Origin: Candidatus Micrarchaeota archaeon
GTDB lineage: Archaea; Micrarchaeota; Micrarchaeia; Micrarchaeales; Micrarchaeaceae
DNA length: 51,276 nucleotides
Reading direction: 5' to 3'
Assembly (NCBI GenBank): GCA_021790455.1
Contig: JAJYDY010000001.1
Location: 1 to 51,276, forward strand
Shown one piece after another: positions 50,410 through 51,276 of this stretch (the first letter of the stretch is position 1; each line of letters begins with the position of its first letter). The notes beneath the pieces are model-generated. The model was not told where the DNA came from and searched no databases. It saw only the letters and a list, made by a program, of their open reading frames with translations. A program made the translations under genes and the position numbers.

Positions 50410-51237
50410 TCATCTGTGGTTGACCTGCTTGGCGCTCTTCTGCTCCCTTATGTAGACCGCCAATGTGTTTATGGCCTTGCTCGCGCCAACAAGTGCGTCT
50501 GCGAACTCCTTCGCATTTGACTCCAGAGTCCTCATAACATTTGGATTTTTAGCCATATTGTCTATGAAGAACTGCAATTGCTCGAGGGAGCCTGCCCCGT
50601 ACTGCCATATGTTGCTTATCCTGCTTACAAGTTTCTCCAATGCAGCGGGGACAGAAACGTGGACAAGCCTGTCCATGGCAGCAGCGAGGGCTTCCTCATA
50701 TATCTCCCGATACGCATCACCGTCGAAATACCCAATGCTGTACCGCTCGATTTCCTCTTTTGTCATGAAGCCTGCGCTTTGCTGGGACGAAGGAGGCGCC
50801 CGGGGCGGTACCATGCTGGCCGCAGGCTTTGCATCGTCTGGAATGTTTGCGGCAGAGGCATACTTCTCTATCAATATAGCCGCATTAAGCAGCCTGCCGG
50901 CAATTAGCGCTTCCGGTGCTGACCCGTTGCTCCCGCTGATCCTTAAGACTGTGTCTCTCAGTTCATCGATCTCGCTACTGCCATCAGATAAGTCGACACC
51001 GAAAGCATCACCGATGCTTGCTCTTATGAATCCATCCATGTGACCAAGCAGGGAGCGGAATGAGGCTTCATCCCCTTTATCGCGGTAGGCAAGAGCATCA
51101 GAAAAGGTCTGTCTCGTGTTGTTCCACAGGGAAAGGAACCTTTCCACCCCTGACGGGGTGCTTTCGCTGAAAATGCGCTTTAGCTCTTCGAGCACTGGAG
51201 TGGCAGCCCTGCTGCTTGTTGTTTTTTGTGTTTCCAC
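50410..51237 (-). CDS. Hypothetical protein
   Basis: 275-aa ORF with a GTG start about 20-28 nt downstream of a ttaaatat box (minus strand). Helical and acidic, with a central P/A/S-rich spacer. No family recognised. Confidence 0.55.
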   Translation of the reverse strand: METQKTTSSRAATPVLEELKRIFSESTPSGVERFLSLWNNTRQTFSDALAYRDKGDEASFRSLLGHMDGFIRASIGDAFGVDLSDGSSEIDELRDTVLRISGSNGSAPEALIAGRLLNAAILIEKYASAANIPDDAKPAASMVPPRAPPSSQQSAGFMTKEEIERYSIGYFDGDAYREIYEEALAAAMDRLVHVSVPAALEKLVSRISNIWQYGAGSLEQLQFFIDNMAKNPNVMRTLESNAKEFADALVGASKAINTLAVYIREQKSAKQVNHR

Positions 51238-51276
51238 AATAGAAAGGTGGGTAATTCTTGATATTTAAGCTTCTCG

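Noticed and set aside
1-51276. Searched intergenic gaps by eye for tRNA, rRNA, RNase P/7S RNA, transposase or integrase genes
   Set aside because: No cloverleaf-compatible GC-rich stems, T-loop consensus or IS-type inverted repeats were found in the few gaps longer than 80 nt (1-148, 7921-8282, 8580-8693, 14926-15027, 19539-19665, 31713-31875). Small ncRNAs cannot be excluded without covariance-model scans.

Overview
This window looks like a very compact archaeal chromosome segment with more than 90% coding sequence. Many neighbouring genes abut or overlap by 1-4 nt (ATGA or TAATG junctions), and TATA-like boxes sit about 25-40 nt upstream of start codons. The informational genes are archaeal/eukaryal in type: Kae1 and Bud32, Nop5, aIF1/SUI1, aIF6, eS19, eS26, eL31, eL39, Topo VI-A, membrane LonB, prefoldin alpha, deoxyhypusine synthase and a split PheRS. 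Together with the many QSAMEYLMTYGWA-type class III signal peptides, this suggests a small-genome DPANN-like archaeon, possibly Micrarchaeota/ARMAN-like. That placement is inference only. I saw no rRNA, tRNA, CRISPR array or transposase. Housekeeping blocks include thyX-pheST, glyS-ogg-translin and the classical ftsY-pfdA-aIF6-eL31-eL39-PDCD5-eS19 cluster. There is also an mdh-citrate synthase-icd-PrpD-family operon. Five regions stand out. (1) Eight paralogous type IV pilin-like proteins share a 4-Cys globular domain; five are in a tandem array convergent with a PilB/FlaI-type ATPase, and recombination-grade 5' DNA repeats are present. (2) A pilin-anchored adhesin operon (DUF2341/LamG, LamG, YWTD-like beta-propeller) contains a possible -1 frameshift junction. 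(3) A GIY-YIG-like plus unknown two-gene cassette is wedged in front of kae1-bud32. (4) A tightly coupled six-gene operon has a split ADP-forming acyl-CoA synthetase, SDR, PNPOx-like, class III aminotransferase and ComA-like genes, with no assignable pathway. (5) A large radical SAM enzyme carries a Cys-Gly-rich N-terminal tail. All family calls come from motif recognition by eye; no searches were run.
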